From NCBI GenBank assembly GCA_043228905.1, contig JBHGNT010000004.1, positions 6,386,001 through 6,450,000 on the forward strand: a stretch of DNA of 64,000 nucleotides. The letters run 5' to 3'. The notes under the pieces are model-generated. The model was not told the origin of the DNA, made no database searches, and saw only the letters and a list, made by a program, of their open reading frames with translations. Made by a program: the position numbers and the translations under genes. The stretch is from Azolla caroliniana. Lineage: Eukaryota > Plantae > Polypodiophyta. Shown in pieces: positions 1 to 13,000 of this stretch (within the stretch, counting starts at the first letter, position 1; each line of letters starts with the position of its first letter).

Positions 1-342
1 CCTTCGAGTATTAATGGAGGAAAGTTACCTTAGAGGTAAAGGTTTATATTGTTGTTTCATAGACTTCAAGAAAGCTTTTGATATGGTACCTCGTGAGCAT
101 CTTTGGAGGCGAATGAAAGAACTCGAGGTGCCAATTGAATATATTGTTGTGTGCGTATGAGCAATAGACTTCCAAATTATTTCAATAACACTATTAGTGT
201 TAAGCAAGGATGCCCACTCTCACCAACTCTATTTGGTCTATGCATAGATGAATTAGAAGAAATGGTTGCAAGTTTATAAAGGAAAAATATGTTGAAGAAG
301 TTGTCCTTGGGAATGTTGTCATTATGCTTTTGCTATATGCAG
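1..342 (+). pseudogene. LINE (non-LTR retrotransposon) reverse transcriptase fragment, frameshifted, cut off at the LLYA(DD) motif
   Basis: Manual translation gives LYCCFIDFKKAFDMVPREHLW...VKQGCPLSPTLFGLCIDELEE...LLYA. Same motifs as the LINE ORF2 at ~17250-17600. Confidence 0.85.
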
Positions 343-3300
343 AGCAGAACGTGAGCAAAGGTCTACTCAACGTAGTCCATTCCAACGTATAGGGACCGGC
401 ACAGACGGCTACATTCAACGGATGCCGATATTACGTGCTCTTCATCGACAACTTCTCCAGGCACACGTGGCTCTATCCGATTCAGCAAAAGAGCGAAGTG
501 TTCAGACACTTCCAAATGTTTAAAAACAAAGTCGAAAAAGCCACTGGTCGTCATGTACGATGCCTTCGATCGGATGGTGACAAGGAGTACTTCTCGGACA
601 ATTTCATGGCATATCTCCGAAAGGAAGGAATTCAGCGAGAATTCACTTGCCGACACACTCTGCAACAAAACGGAGTAGCCAAGCGCAAAAATTGGCACAA
701 CCTCCAAGTAGTGCGGGCCATGATGAACGAGAAGCATATGCCCAAGTCATATTGGGCCGAAGTTGCAAGTACGGCCGTCTACCTAATGAACCGGTGCACA
801 ACATCCGGCGTGCACGGGGTCACTCCGCACGAAAAATACTTCGGAAAGAAGCCGGACTTATTGCACACCCAAATATTCGGCGCAATAGCGTACGTGCACA
901 TCCCCGACGAGAAGCATCAAAAGCTTGACCCGAAGTCGGAGAAATGTATCCCCGTAGGATATGCACTAGAGCAAAAGGGGTACAAGTGCTAAAACCCCTC
1001 AACTCGAAAATCTCGAGTAAGTCGAGACGTCGTTTTTGACGAGACCGCGTCCTGGTACGCACCAAAGACAACTTCGACTCTAACTCTGCTCGACCCAGAA
1101 TCCGCTGAACAAGAGATAGAGGATGAAGATCGCCTTACGCGCATGTTCAAAGAAAGTCCGATCACGACCCGACTGAGCGGACCACAAGAGCCTTTGATCG
1201 ATCAAAGCACATCACGACCTAGCCCGAAGATGGACAAAGGCAAGGCGAAAATGTCAGAATACGAAGATGATCGCTTTGACAACGATGAGTCGACTCACTC
1301 ACTGGACAGTAAGTTCGGCGGCTTCGATGTACCAATCGAAGCTAAGAAAGCCCTCATCTCTACAAATGAAAAGCTCCATCGCTCCACTCGTGAAAAGAAT
1401 TCGGTCAACCGATTCGGCTACAACGACTACATGGCATATCACTATGCCTTTATGATGAAGGTGGCGATAGTACGTGAGCCTGAAACATTTTCCGAAGCAA
1501 CCAAGGATCCGCAATGGATCGAAGCCATGAACGAGGAGATGCAGGCACTACGCAAGAACGAGACATGGGATCTCGTTCCCACCTCACCACACAAAAAGGC
1601 GATTGGATGCAGATGGATTTACAAAGTAAAGTACAATGTCGACGGTTCTGTTAGCCGCTACAAAGTGTAACTCGTAGCGAAAGGCTACGCACAAACGCAC
1701 GGAGTTGACTACGAAGAGAACTTTGCCCCAGTGGCAAAGATGATGACGGTATGGACTGTAATTGCACTTGCCGAGGCGAAAGGGTGGCACCTCCATCAAA
1801 TGGATGCCTTTCTACAAGGAGAATTAGAAGAGTAGGTGTACATGATACAACCACCCGGCTTCAACTCGAGCACCCATCCGAAAGTTGTATGCCGACTCAA
1901 GAAGCCACTCTACGGCCTCAAGCAAGCACCGCATGCTTGGCATTCAAAGATAACGCAATATCTTCATCAAATCGGCTTCCATATGTCAAAATCGGACAAC
2001 TCCCTCTACATACGAAGCGATTCCGCAAGTCTGATCGTCATCATCTTATATGTGGATGACCTAGTCATTGGAGGTGACCATCTCGTCGAAATCAATAAGG
2101 TCAAATCCCTCCTTTCCGACAAGTTCGAGATGACAGACATGAGGGAGCTCAACTACTTCCTTGGCATCGGGGTAATTCGGACTCCGGCCGGAATCATGAT
2201 CTCTCAACGGCACTACATCCTCAACTTGCTATACAAGTTCGGTATGGCTGAGTGCAAATCCGCGACAACCCCACTCGATCGCAATCTCAAACTAGATGCG
2301 AACTACGACACCAAAGCGTGTGAGCCGACTCAGTATCGGCAACTCATCGGGAGTCTCATCTACCTCACGATCACTCGACCCAATCTCAGTTACCCGATCA
2401 GTCTCCTTAGCCAATTCATGCAAACATCGCGTGATACTCACTTGGATTGCGCTAAGGGAGTTCTATGATACGTGTGTGGCACAATGGATTGCGGCATCCT
2501 CTACAAGACCGTGATGCCAATACGACTCGAGGGGTACACAGACGCCGATTGGGCCGGCTACAAAGCCGATAGAAGATCAACCTTTGGATTTGTTTTTTCC
2601 CTCGGTAGCGGAGCAATACCCTGGAGCAACAAAAAGCAACCAACCATCGCTCTTTCGAGCATAGAGGCGGAATACAGGGGCGCAGCAGTGGCCACATGTG
2701 AAGTCGTATAGACAAAAAGGATACTCAAGGATCTGGGAGTACCCATCAAGGATCTGACTTCCCTTTACTGCGACAACATGAGCAGTATCTATCTGGCTCG
2801 GAACTCGGTGTTCCATGCGCGGACAAAGCACATCGAAGTGCACTATCACTTCATCTGAGAGCGCGTTCTAACTGGCGATGTCGACCTACAACACATTAGC
2901 ACCAATCTTCAAACGGCCAACATCTTCACTAAAGCCTTAGGAGCCGACAAGCTATGGCAATTCATGACCGATCTCGGATTGATGATCCCTGACCTGCCAA
3001 GCTTGAGGGGGAGTACTAAAGACACTACGCAATAACGTTTGGATTCCTCAACTGCGCAACGAAGTCGCGAAGAGCCGATCTACCGCGCAAAGCCGTGAAG
3101 AAAGACACAAGCCGAAGCACAGACTTCGCAACTACGCACAACACAAGCTGGAGCATGGATTCCGCAACTCCGCATAAATGCGAGTCGACACGAGTCGAAG
3201 CGGATTTCGGATACCGTCTGAAATCGACCCGACTTGAGCTTGAGGGGGCATGTTGAGAATCAAGCTCAACTTGGTCTAGTGTTTGAACTCACCTTGAGTG

Positions 3301-3636
3301 TGAATAGACACTCCAACGGTCAAGAGTCACCATTATGTCACCACTTTGTATTCTAGCATTTAGTATGAGTCATAGAATCATATTCTATGACACATAACTT
3401 CTAAGCTTTCACACTCCCCATGCTCGATGAGTCTTGTAGTTAATGAAGAGAGAGGGTGACTATATAAAGCACCCTCCTCCCACCTTGTATAATGTCGAGA
3501 CTTTCTCCTTTATTAATATACTTTTACCTTGCGTATTCTCTGTGTCATACTCCTTGTTTCTCTCACTCTCTCTCTCATACACACACACAGTTCATATCTA
3601 TTCCGCTGCACAGAATCCATCTCTTGATTCTTTACA
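343..3636 (+). mobile_element. Ty1/Copia element, family A copy 1, 5'-truncated (integrase-RT-RNase H-3'LTR), decayed
   Basis: ORFs 435-992 (FIDNFSRHTW, RSDG..EY integrase), 1143-1670, 1836-2468 (LYGLKQAP, LYVDDL), 2472-2711 (DADWAG) and KHIEVHYHF. PPT tgagggggca at 3241-3250. Several stops. Confidence 0.93.
3251..3636 (+). repeat. 3' LTR of Copia family A copy 1
   Basis: TGTTGAGAATC...TTCTTTACA directly after the PPT, with a TATA box (ctatataaag) and (CT)n. Homologous to 46700-47100. Confidence 0.88.
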
Positions 3637-3967
3637 GAGATTGAAGTTGAAAAACAAAAAGATAAGGAAGAAAAAGAAGCGCTTATTGCTGAAATAACAA
3701 AACTTAAAGTAGACAACATGAACCTTCAGAAACAAGTTAAGGACCTTGAGACATCTAGGGAAGATCATGAAATATCTTCCCTAGAGGATATTAAGGACGA
3801 GATCAAAAAGGTTAAGGAAGAGGGTAAAAGCGATTTGGAATTAGCAAAAACTGGGTGTGTTGATGTAGTAAAACGTAATATTAAAAAGGAACTAAAGGAG
3901 GAAAATATTGTAAACACTACCCTTGAGGGGGAAAAAATGTGTCAAGCTCGACGCCTAATGTACAAGT
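3637..3967 (+). pseudogene. LINE ORF1 remnant, N-terminal coiled-coil part (host of the Copia at 3968)
   Basis: K/E-rich coiled coil ending ...QARRL(N)V. It continues after the insertion as (R)VIGLKEG at 9642. Confidence 0.6.
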
Positions 3968-4781
3968 TGTTAGGAGACAGGTCCCTCCGGATGGGAAGGG
4001 AGAAGAACAGTGCCGATGGGAAGGGAAATCGGATGAGGAGTACCCGGCTACGGAGAGCCGGATGGTGTATGCCTGGTGTGAACCGGATGAGGAGTACCCG
4101 GCTACGGAGAGCCGGATGGTGCAGGCTCGGTGAGAACCAGATGAGGAGTACCTGGCTACGGGATGAGGAGTACCCGGCTACGGAGAGCCGGATGGTGCAG
4201 GCCCGGTGAGAACCAGATGAGGAGTACCTGGCTACGGAGAGCCGGATGGTGCAGGCCCGGTATGAACCGGATGAGGAGTACCCGGCTACGGAGAGCCAAA
4301 TGGTGCAGAACCAGTGAGAACCGGAGGAAGAGACATATTCATAAATATGTTTCTGAGAGCCCATCGAGGCTATATTTGTAAATAGCCGAAAAGTCATATT
4401 AGTATAAATATGACTTAGGGCAAACTTTTAGTTGTTGTCATTTTCTGTTTTGCACGAGATTAGTGTGCGTAACTGTACAGAGAGAGAGAGAGAGGTGAGA
4501 GAGAGAAAGAGGTTGTTGCCTCCGTTGTAACCGCCGCCTGTGGCAAAGATTTGTGAGCACGAGGTCGGTGCGTCAGTGAACTCACTGTTGTATATTCCTA
4601 CATAGTGACAGTTTGCAGCCTGTGGGCTGCCGTGGTTTTTCCCCTAGTTTGGGGTTTTCCACGTAAACCTCCTGTGTATTCTCTCCTTCTTTGTGTCGCG
4701 TTTTATTTCCCATTTTTTGTGTATCATTCTAAGCTCGATTGTGGCCGAGCGTTGCGCATAAGGAACGTTGGGTTCCCGTCA
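3968..4781 (+). repeat. 5' LTR containing a 54-bp tandem array
   Basis: Direct repeat of 8823-9641. Unit gatgaggagtacccggctacggagagccggatggtgcaggcccggtgtgaaccg, about 5 copies at ~4032-4323. Confidence 0.95.
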
Positions 4782-4783
4782 AG

Positions 4784-4795
4784 TGGTATCAGAGC
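4784..4795 (+). promoter_or_regulatory. Primer-binding site, initiator tRNA-Met
   Basis: TGGTATCAGAGC, 2 nt after the LTR end. Confidence 0.95.
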
Positions 4796-4811
4796 GAAAT
4801 CGACACAGAAA

Positions 4812-7800
4812 ATGGACGAATCGTTTGGCGGCATGTTCAAGCTCACCGGCTCCAACTATTCAATGTGGAAGTCGAAGATGAGGGACATGCTCGTAGTTAA
4901 AGACCTTTGGCTGCCGGTTCAATTCGAGGACAAGAGACCGGACAAAATCGACGCCGCAATATGGGAGGTGATGCACATGAAGACAACGGCGTACATACGG
5001 TGCTTCATCGACATGAGCCTGTACAACAACTTCAATGAGGAGAGCAAGGCTCATGAGCTCTGGGAGAAGATCGGCATAATGTTTCAAAACAAAAATGTTG
5101 TTAATCAGGTTTCGGTATTCCGGAAGCTAGTAAGTCTCCGGTACCAAGATCGCTCCAGCATGGCGGAGCACATGAATGCCTTCCAAGGGCTGATCCACCA
5201 GGAAACTTCATTGGAAGTGCCTCTTGCCGATGAGGTACTAGCGCTACTCCTGCTCAGTTCCCTCCTGGATAGCTGGGAGACGTTGGTTGTCACTTTGGGC
5301 AACGCCGGGCCGGAAGGAAAACGGTTATCCCTAGCAAGAGTAAAGTCGAGCTTGCTAGATGAGGAGGCGCGTCGGAAAGACAAAGATATGAGCTCCGACT
5401 CCAAAGCGCTCCTTACCGAATCGGAACGTGGAAGACATAGAAACCGTAGTCCCCAGAACCGGGAGAAGTCGGGGACACGGTCAAAGTCAAGGGGAAGGCC
5501 TACTTGCTTCTATTGCGGCAAGCCGGGACACTTCCAAAAGAACTGTCGGCATTTCCGTAAAGACAAAGAAACCGACGGTACCGATTTGAAGCAAACCCTG
5601 GACCTGAATGGTAAAGACCGGAAGGGGACGAACCGGAAGGGAACGACGGCAATCGCGGCAAGTGAAGAAAAGTTGATGCTCATCACCGAGGAGAGTGAGA
5701 TAAACCTTGCCGGCGACGAGATGACCTGGGTGGTAGACTCCGGAGCGTCGTTCCACCTTACCCCGGACCGGAAATGCTTCTCATCCTACTTAGCTGGTGA
5801 CCACGGCTGTGTCCGGATGGGGAATGAAGGTACATGCCGAATTGTTGGCATAGGAGACGTGTGGCTATCAACACCAACCGGATGCAAGATGCTGCTGAAG
5901 GATGTCCGACACGTTCCGGAGGTTCGTCTGAACCTGATATCAGCCGGTCGGCTAGATGATGAAGGCTACACGGGTAGCATCCGGAACGGTGTCATGAAGT
6001 TCAGCAAAGGGAGCCTGATTGTGGCTCGGGCCCGGAAGGTCAACACATTGTACCTGATGAATGCCCGGTTATGCCCGGAAGAAGTGAACATGGCATCCGA
6101 CACTACCGGTGAGCTGTGGCACAAGAGACTGTGTCATATGAGCGAGAAGGGGATGAAGAGGCTTGCAGACGACAACCTCATTCCAGTGAAGAACGTGCAC
6201 TTGGAGAAGTGCACTGACTGTCTGGCCAGTAAACAAAACCGGACCTCCTTCCGACCAAGGCCACTGATGAGACGTAATGCACCACTAGAGTTGGTGCATA
6301 CGGATGTGTGTCAAGTAGACACGAAGTCACATGCCGGAGCGCAGTACTTCGTGACGTTTATAGATGACCACAGCCGGAAGCTGTGGGCCACACCGTTGAA
6401 GACGAAGGATCAGGTGTTATCCGTCTTCAAAGAGCTCGAGCAGATAACAGAGGAGAATACCAGGGGCAGTTCGAGGAGTACTGCCGCTCGAAGGGAATCC
6501 GGCTCGAATTTACCGTGCCGAAGACGCCGGAACTAAACGGGCTGGCCGAGAGGATGAACCGGACCATAATGGAGAGGGTCCAGAGTATGCTAGCGCATGC
6601 AAAACTACCCAAGAAGTTTTGGGCTGAGGCACTGTCGACGGCGACATACGTGATAAATAGATCACCCTCAGTACCCTTGGACGGAGACACGCCACAGAGA
6701 GTGTGGACCGGTAAGGAAGTATCCTACCGGCATCTGAAGGTGTTCGGGTGTCTCGCGTACGTGCATGTAGCTAAGGACCGGAGAGGAAAGTTAGATCCAA
6801 AGACCCGGCCATGCATATTCCTCGGTTACGGTGACGATGAGTTCGGCTACCAAGTGTGGGACCTGGTCGACAAGAAGGTATTCCGGAGTCGAGATATTAT
6901 CTTCATGGAGAACAAGAAGCTCGCCGACTGGGAGTCGGAGAAGAAGATAATGAACTCCGAGTCGACCTGTAAGGATAGACTCTACGATGAGCAGACCCAA
7001 CCGGAAAGAGACCGGTTAGCACTCGAGGAACCAGCCGGTTACGGTGAGGATACCGAACCGGCAGAAGAAGAGGTAGAGGAAGCTGAGACCGGAACCGGCC
7101 AAGACCCCGAATTGGATTTGGATGAAGAGCAAATGGAGGAGCCGGTTACCGAAGCCCGAAGACGGAGATATCCTCTCAGAGAGAGAAGGGCCCCCCGGAG
7201 ATTTCCGGATGCAGAGCATGTTCTGCTGACCGATGAGGGGGAGCCGGAAAGCTTCGAAGAAGTGAAGGAAGACACCCACAGCCGAAAATGGTTAAGTGCC
7301 ATGCAGGACGAGATGGATTCCCTGCATGAGAACCATACATACGAATTGGTGGAGTTGCCGAAAGGAAAGCGGGCACTCCGAAACAAGTGGGTGTACAAGT
7401 TGAAACCGGGAGATGCCGGCAACCCCCCGAGATACAAAGCCAGGATCGTGGTGAAGGGGTTCCAGCAGAAGAAGGGTGTGGACTTCGATGAGATATTTGC
7501 CCCGGTAGTAAAGATGACCTCCATCCGGACGGTGCTGAGTATAGCAGCAAGCATGGACCTTGAGGTAGAGCAGTTGGACGTGAAGACGGCATTCCTTCAC
7601 GGCGACCTCGAAGAGGAGATCTACATGCAGCAACCGGAAGGATTCGTGGAGAAAGGGAAGGAGCACCTGGTATGCCGGTTGAAGAAGAGCCTGTACGAAC
7701 TAAAGCAGGCTCCCCGACAATGGTACCGGAAGTTCGACTCCTTCATGACCGATCAAGGGTACCACAAGACGCAGGCCGATCACTGTGTGTTTGTGAAGAA

Positions 7801-8812
7801 GTTCGAAGGAGGCGACTTCTTGATACTCCTCCTGTACATGGATGACATGTTGATCGTCGGACGGGACCAAGTCAAAATACGGATGCTGAAGAAGGCTCTC
7901 AACCGGACCTTCTTAATGAAAGACTTGGGTCCGGCAAGACAGATGCTGGGGATGCACATCATTCGGGACCGGTCAGTGAAGCAATTATGGCTGTCACAGG
8001 AGAAGTATGTGACAAAGGTGGTTCACCGGTTCAACATGTCAGAAGCGAAACAGGTCGGATCGACACTTCCGGCAAACTGCAGGCTATTTGGTAAGCAAAG
8101 CCCGAAGACGAAAGCAGAGAAGGCGAATATGATGAAGATTCCATATGCCTCTGCCGTCGGGAGCTTGATGTACGCAATGGTGTGTACCCGACCGAACATA
8201 GGATACGCAGTCGGAGTGGTGAGCCGGTTTATGAGCAATCCCGGCAAGGAGCACTGGAACGCGGTCAAATGGATACTCCGGTATTTGAAGGGCACTTCAA
8301 ATATGTGTCTCTGATTCGGCTCCGGAAAACCTCAACTGGACGGTTTCACCGATTCGGACATGTCGGCTGATGTGGATACCAGCCGGTCTACATCTAGGTA
8401 TGTAATGACATATGCAGGGGGAGCTGTTTCGTGGCAGTCGAGGCTGCAGAAGACGGTTGCATTGTCAACCACAGAGGCGGAGTACATGGCAGCTGTGGAA
8501 GCCGGCAAGGAAATCTTGTGGATGAAGGACTTCATCGGAGAGCTCGGTATCTGGCAAGATGAATACCGACTCTATTGCGACAGTCAAAATGCCATCCACC
8601 TTGCTAAGAATGCGGCCTACCATTCCCGGACGAAGCATATCCAGGGGAGATATCACTGGATCTGGGAAAGAGTAGATGACCAGGAGTTCGCACTAACGAA
8701 GATCCACACGGCCGAGAACGGGTCAGATATGCTGACCAAGGTTCTGATACCCGACAAGCTGGATGCATGCCAGAAGCGGATCGGACTGATCAGACACCCC
8801 ATACCAGAGTGA
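4812..8812 (+). pseudogene. Copia gag-pol (CCHC knuckle, protease, integrase, RT, RNase H) with a frameshifting deletion near 6437 and a stop at 8312-8314
   Basis: CFYCGKPGHFQKNC, WVVDSGASFH, LWHKRLCH...C..C, ELNGLAERMN, LDVKTAFLHG, YMDD, RTKHI. Confidence 0.93.
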
Positions 8813-8822
8813 AATGGGAGTT

Positions 8823-9641
8823 TGTTAGGAGACAGGTCCCTTCGGATGGGAAGGGAGAAGAACAGTGCCGATGAACAAACTCGGCCGAGGCCTATCGGCG
8901 GAGGCTGAAATCGGATGAGGAGTACCCGGCTACGAAGAGCCGGATGGTGCAGGCCCGGTGTGAACCGGATGAGGAGTACCCGGCTACGGAGAGTCGGATG
9001 GTGCAGGCCCGGTGTGAACCGGATGAGGAGTACCCGGCTACGAAGAGCCCGATGGTGCAGGCCCGGTGTGAACCAGATGAGGAGTACCCGGCTACGGAGA
9101 GCCGGATGGTGCAGGACCGGTATGAACCGGATGAGGAGTACCCGGTTACGGAGAGCCGGATGGTGCAGAACCGGTGAGAACCGGAGGAAGAGACATATTC
9201 GTAAATATGTTTCTGAGAGCCCATCGAGGCTATATTTGTAAATAGCCGAAAAGTCATATTAGTATAAATATGACTTAGGGCAAACTTTTAGTTGTTGTCA
9301 TTTTCTGTTTTGTACGAGATTAGTGTGCGTAACTGTACAGAGAGAGAGAGAGAGGTGAGAGAGAGAAAGAGGTCGTTGCCTCCGTTGTAACCGCCGCCTG
9401 TGGCAAAGATTTGTGAGCACGAGGTCGGTGCGTCAGTGAACTCACTGTTGTATATTCCTACATAGTGACAGTTTGCAGCCTGTGGGCTGCCGTGGTTTTT
9501 CCCCTAGTTTGGGGTTTTCCACGTAAACCTCCTGTGTATTCTCTCCTTCTTTGTGTCGCGTTTTATTTCCCGTTTTCTGTGTATCATTCTAAGCTTGGTT
9601 GTGGCCGAGCGTTGCGCATAAGGAACGTTGGGTTCCCATCA
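8823..9641 (+). repeat. 3' LTR containing five 54-bp tandem units
   Basis: Direct repeat of 3968-4781. Confidence 0.95.
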
Positions 9642-9646
9642 CGAGT

Positions 9647-10035
9647 TATTGGGCTCAAGGAAGGGACATCTCTCGATGAAGATGCACAAACATTATGAAA
9701 ATGTTGGGGTATGAAGCCCTACCAATCACTAAAACTTGGAGGGGAGGACGCTTCAGTTTAAGGACTCAGAATCTAGAATCGTATTTTTTTAAAAGATACC
9801 AATTCTTTGAGGATTGGGCAAGGACCCTATCTACCTCGATGAAGACCTGACCAAGATGCAAATTGAGCATCGTAAAACTTGTATGCCGCGAGTCATATAA
9901 GATCGTAAAGAGGGGCATCGTTCTTTTTACTGAGACAGACGTGTGATAATAAATGAGCGTGCCGCCAATTGACAGTGTGTGGCCCATGTGACAGACAATA
10001 AACTTAGGATGACTTTATGGAACTGTAACATTGCA
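9647..10035 (+). pseudogene. LINE ORF1 C-terminal part and start of ORF2 (endonuclease N-terminus)
   Basis: IGLKEG...IYLDEDLT..QIEHRK.CMPRV, then LRMTLWNCNIAL, which joins in frame to WTHLGRLEEIF after 15545 once the insertion and one TSD copy are removed. Confidence 0.7.
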
Positions 10036-10040
10036 CTTTG

Positions 10041-13000
10041 TGTTGAGGACAAGGCCGTCAATGCGGAAGTGTAAGCAACATTCGTGATGACAAAGAACCT
10101 GTGTATGCCCATATGTAAGATAGACACAGAGAAAGAGAGAGAGAGAGAGAGGCACAAAGAAAACGTTATATTCCAATAGCAACAGTTACAAAGAATGACA
10201 ACCGACCTTTTCTAAAGGTTACAAAGTCACTTTATATAGTGACTGTCCTAGGGCAACTGCCCTTTATGCTATTTACAAAAATAGCCCAAACTTGGGCTGT
10301 CCAAAGGGACAGTGTGAATACGGCTATTATACACTCGTATTCGACACTCCCCCATAATGGGCGTATACATGGGTTATCTAAAACAAAAATTACAGGTATA
10401 TACAAGGTTTATCAGACAGATCGGTTTTGTTAGAGTCGGCAAGATCCAAAGACAGAAGACCGAACCGGTCGGGTCGGAAGAGCTGAAGTCGATCCTCAAA
10501 TAACCGATTTCAATGGTCCGAAACCATCCTGTGATGTGTGTCCGACTTTAACTGGACCGATTTCTCGTTACGCCCATCTGGTGCCAAAGGGACCGGAAAC
10601 GATCCGCCAAAAGACACTTGGTCATTCCATCTACGACATTATCGTTTGTGGATATCTTCTCTAGACCAATTTTCCCTGAAATGACGCAGTCCCGAACAAA
10701 GTGATATCGAACATCGATATGCTAGCAGGCGTTGTGGTGAACCGGATTCTTTGACAAAGCAACAGCACCCTGATTGTTGTTGTAGACAACTGGAGCCGAT
10801 TCAGAGTTTACCTTTCGAAACGTGTGCGCCAGCTAACCGAGTCATAAAGCTTCTTTTGCCACGTCGGACACAACTACATATTCCGCTTCGGTCGTTGAGG
10901 TGGTTGTGCACTCCTGAAGTTTCGACTTCCACAAGATTGCTCCATTGCCAAATTTGAAACAATATCCAGTTGTTGATTTCTGACTGTCCACACAACCAGC
11001 AAAGTCTGAGTCGGTGTAACCGACTACGACTGAGGTTGAGTTCGGGCTGAAAAGACTGTCGTGGTCTTTTGTGCCAGCTAGATATCTAAACACATGCTTG
11101 ACTACGTTCTAGTGCGATCGTCTGGGGTTGTGCATGAATCTGCTGACAACTCCTACAACGTGAGAAATATCAAGCCATGTCGCGACCATCGTGTACATAA
11201 GGGAGCTTATTGTCGGTGCATACGGTACCAACTTCATATCTTCCCCCTCCGGACCGGATGTCAAGCAGTCTCGCTGAGATAGCCAAAGGTTAATGGGGAG
11301 TGGGGTCGAAGCAGACTTGGCTGAGCGCATGTTGAAGCATTCCAAGACACGTCCGATGTAGTCGGTTTGAGACAAGAAAAGTTGTTGTGTATCGTGATGC
11401 CAACTAATCTTCATACCAAGTATGTGTCTTGCCGGACCGAGGTCCTTCATGGAAAACTTCAACCGCAGTTTCCAAACGAGTTCGGTGAGCTCTCCGGCAT
11501 GCTAGCCGGAGAGTAGCATGTCGTCGACGTAGATGATGAGGAAGACGGGAGACCCATCTTGAGTTGTTTTGGTGAAGAGACAGTGGTCCTCATCGCTCTT
11601 GGAGAAGCCGACCGACTGGATGAAGTCGTCGAACTTCTTGTACCACTGTCGGAGTACCTGTTTCAGGCCGTAGAGACTCTTCCTGAGTCGGCAGACTAGA
11701 TGTTCCTGGCTGGATGCCACAAAGCCTTTCGGCTGCTCCATATAGATTTCCTCCTATCAGTCACCGTGGAGGAATGCCATTTTTACATCTAGCTGAATCA
11801 GCTCCAAGTTGTCGGTGGCCACGACACCGAGCATGAAACGAAGAGTCATCATTTTCACCATTGGTGAAAAGATTTCGTCGAAGTCGACGCCATATTCTTA
11901 TCTAAATCCCTTCGCAACTAATCTGGCCTTGTACTTTGGGTTGGTCGAGTCAGACGTCTCTTTTAGTCGATAGACCCACTTACATCGAAGAGCACGTCGA
12001 TTCTTCAGTAATTCGACCAAATCCCAAGTCTTGTTTGTCCAAATGGAAGCATTTCCGACTACATCGCCAGATGCCATTTGGCTGAATTGGCAAATGCCGA
12101 TGCTTCTTCATAAGACGTCGGTTTGCCGGCGTCGGTAAAGAAAATTCCGGGAGAGTACCTCTCCGGAGGTTGCGATAGTCTCTCAGATCTACGAGGTATG
12201 AATGGACTAGTCACACCGGGAGTCGATGTCGGATGGTCGGGAGCGGAGCCATTCAGCTGTGCCGAATCGGTGGATTCGGTGCAAGAGTTGTCGGTTACCC
12301 GTGAAACTGATCTTGTGTTGTGGGTTGGGCCGTAATGAAGGGTTGGCACTTCGGAAAATATTACCCTTTGGACTTCAATAGGCCTTTCAGCCGTTTTATG
12401 CATAGCTGACTCATTGATCACGACGTCCGAACTTCGGACGATTTGTTTGTGCTCGGAGTCCCAAAGTCGGTATCCGATATCGCCGTCATGTCCATACCCA
12501 AGGAAAACGCATTTCCTTGATCTTGGTTTGAGTTTCTGGCGATTGTCTTTCGGTATGAGGGCGTATGCCTCGCAACCAAAGATCCTCAACTTGTCATAAT
12601 TCGGCTTACTGTCGGTCCATATTTCCTGAGGTATTTGAAGTCCTAGAGGTCTACTTGGCGACATATTTATTATGTGCACTGCCGTAAGTAGAGCCTCCGC
12701 CCAAAAGCCATCCGACAGTCCGAAGTGTTGGAGCATGGATACTACGCGTTCTTGAATCGTCCGATTCATGCGTTCAACAATTCCGTTCTGCTCCGGGCTA
12801 TAGGGTGTCGTATATTCACGTCGAATGCCGCGTTCCCGGAAAAATTTGACGAATTCTTCAGACTTGAATTCTCCTCCATTGTCAGTTCGGAGACATTTAA
12901 GTTTCCGACCAATCTGATTTTTGACCATTGCAAGCCATTCGGAGAAGATCGAGAACACCCGATCTTTGGTTCTAATGGGGTAAGCCCACACCTTCCGAGT

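Larger units (their letters stand above)
3968..9641 (+). mobile_element. Full-length Ty1/Copia (Tnt1/Tork-like) element with two LTRs
   Basis: LTRs 3968-4781 and 8823-9641 (TG..CA), Met PBS, PPT gagtgaaatgggag. TSD caagt (3963-3967) / cgagt (9642-9646), one mismatch. Confidence 0.95.

Noticed and set aside
343-400. Two Copia-A copies truncated within ~40 bp of the same point (343 and 32984)
   Set aside because: The junction partners differ (a LINE fragment vs an LTR insertion), so coincidence is sufficient.
8914-9182. CRISPR-like or repeat-protein reading of the 54-bp array (MRSTRLRRAGWCRPG ORFs)
   Set aside because: The units are head-to-tail with no unique spacers and lie inside LTRs, with no cas genes nearby. 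The ORFs arise because the unit length is a multiple of 3.
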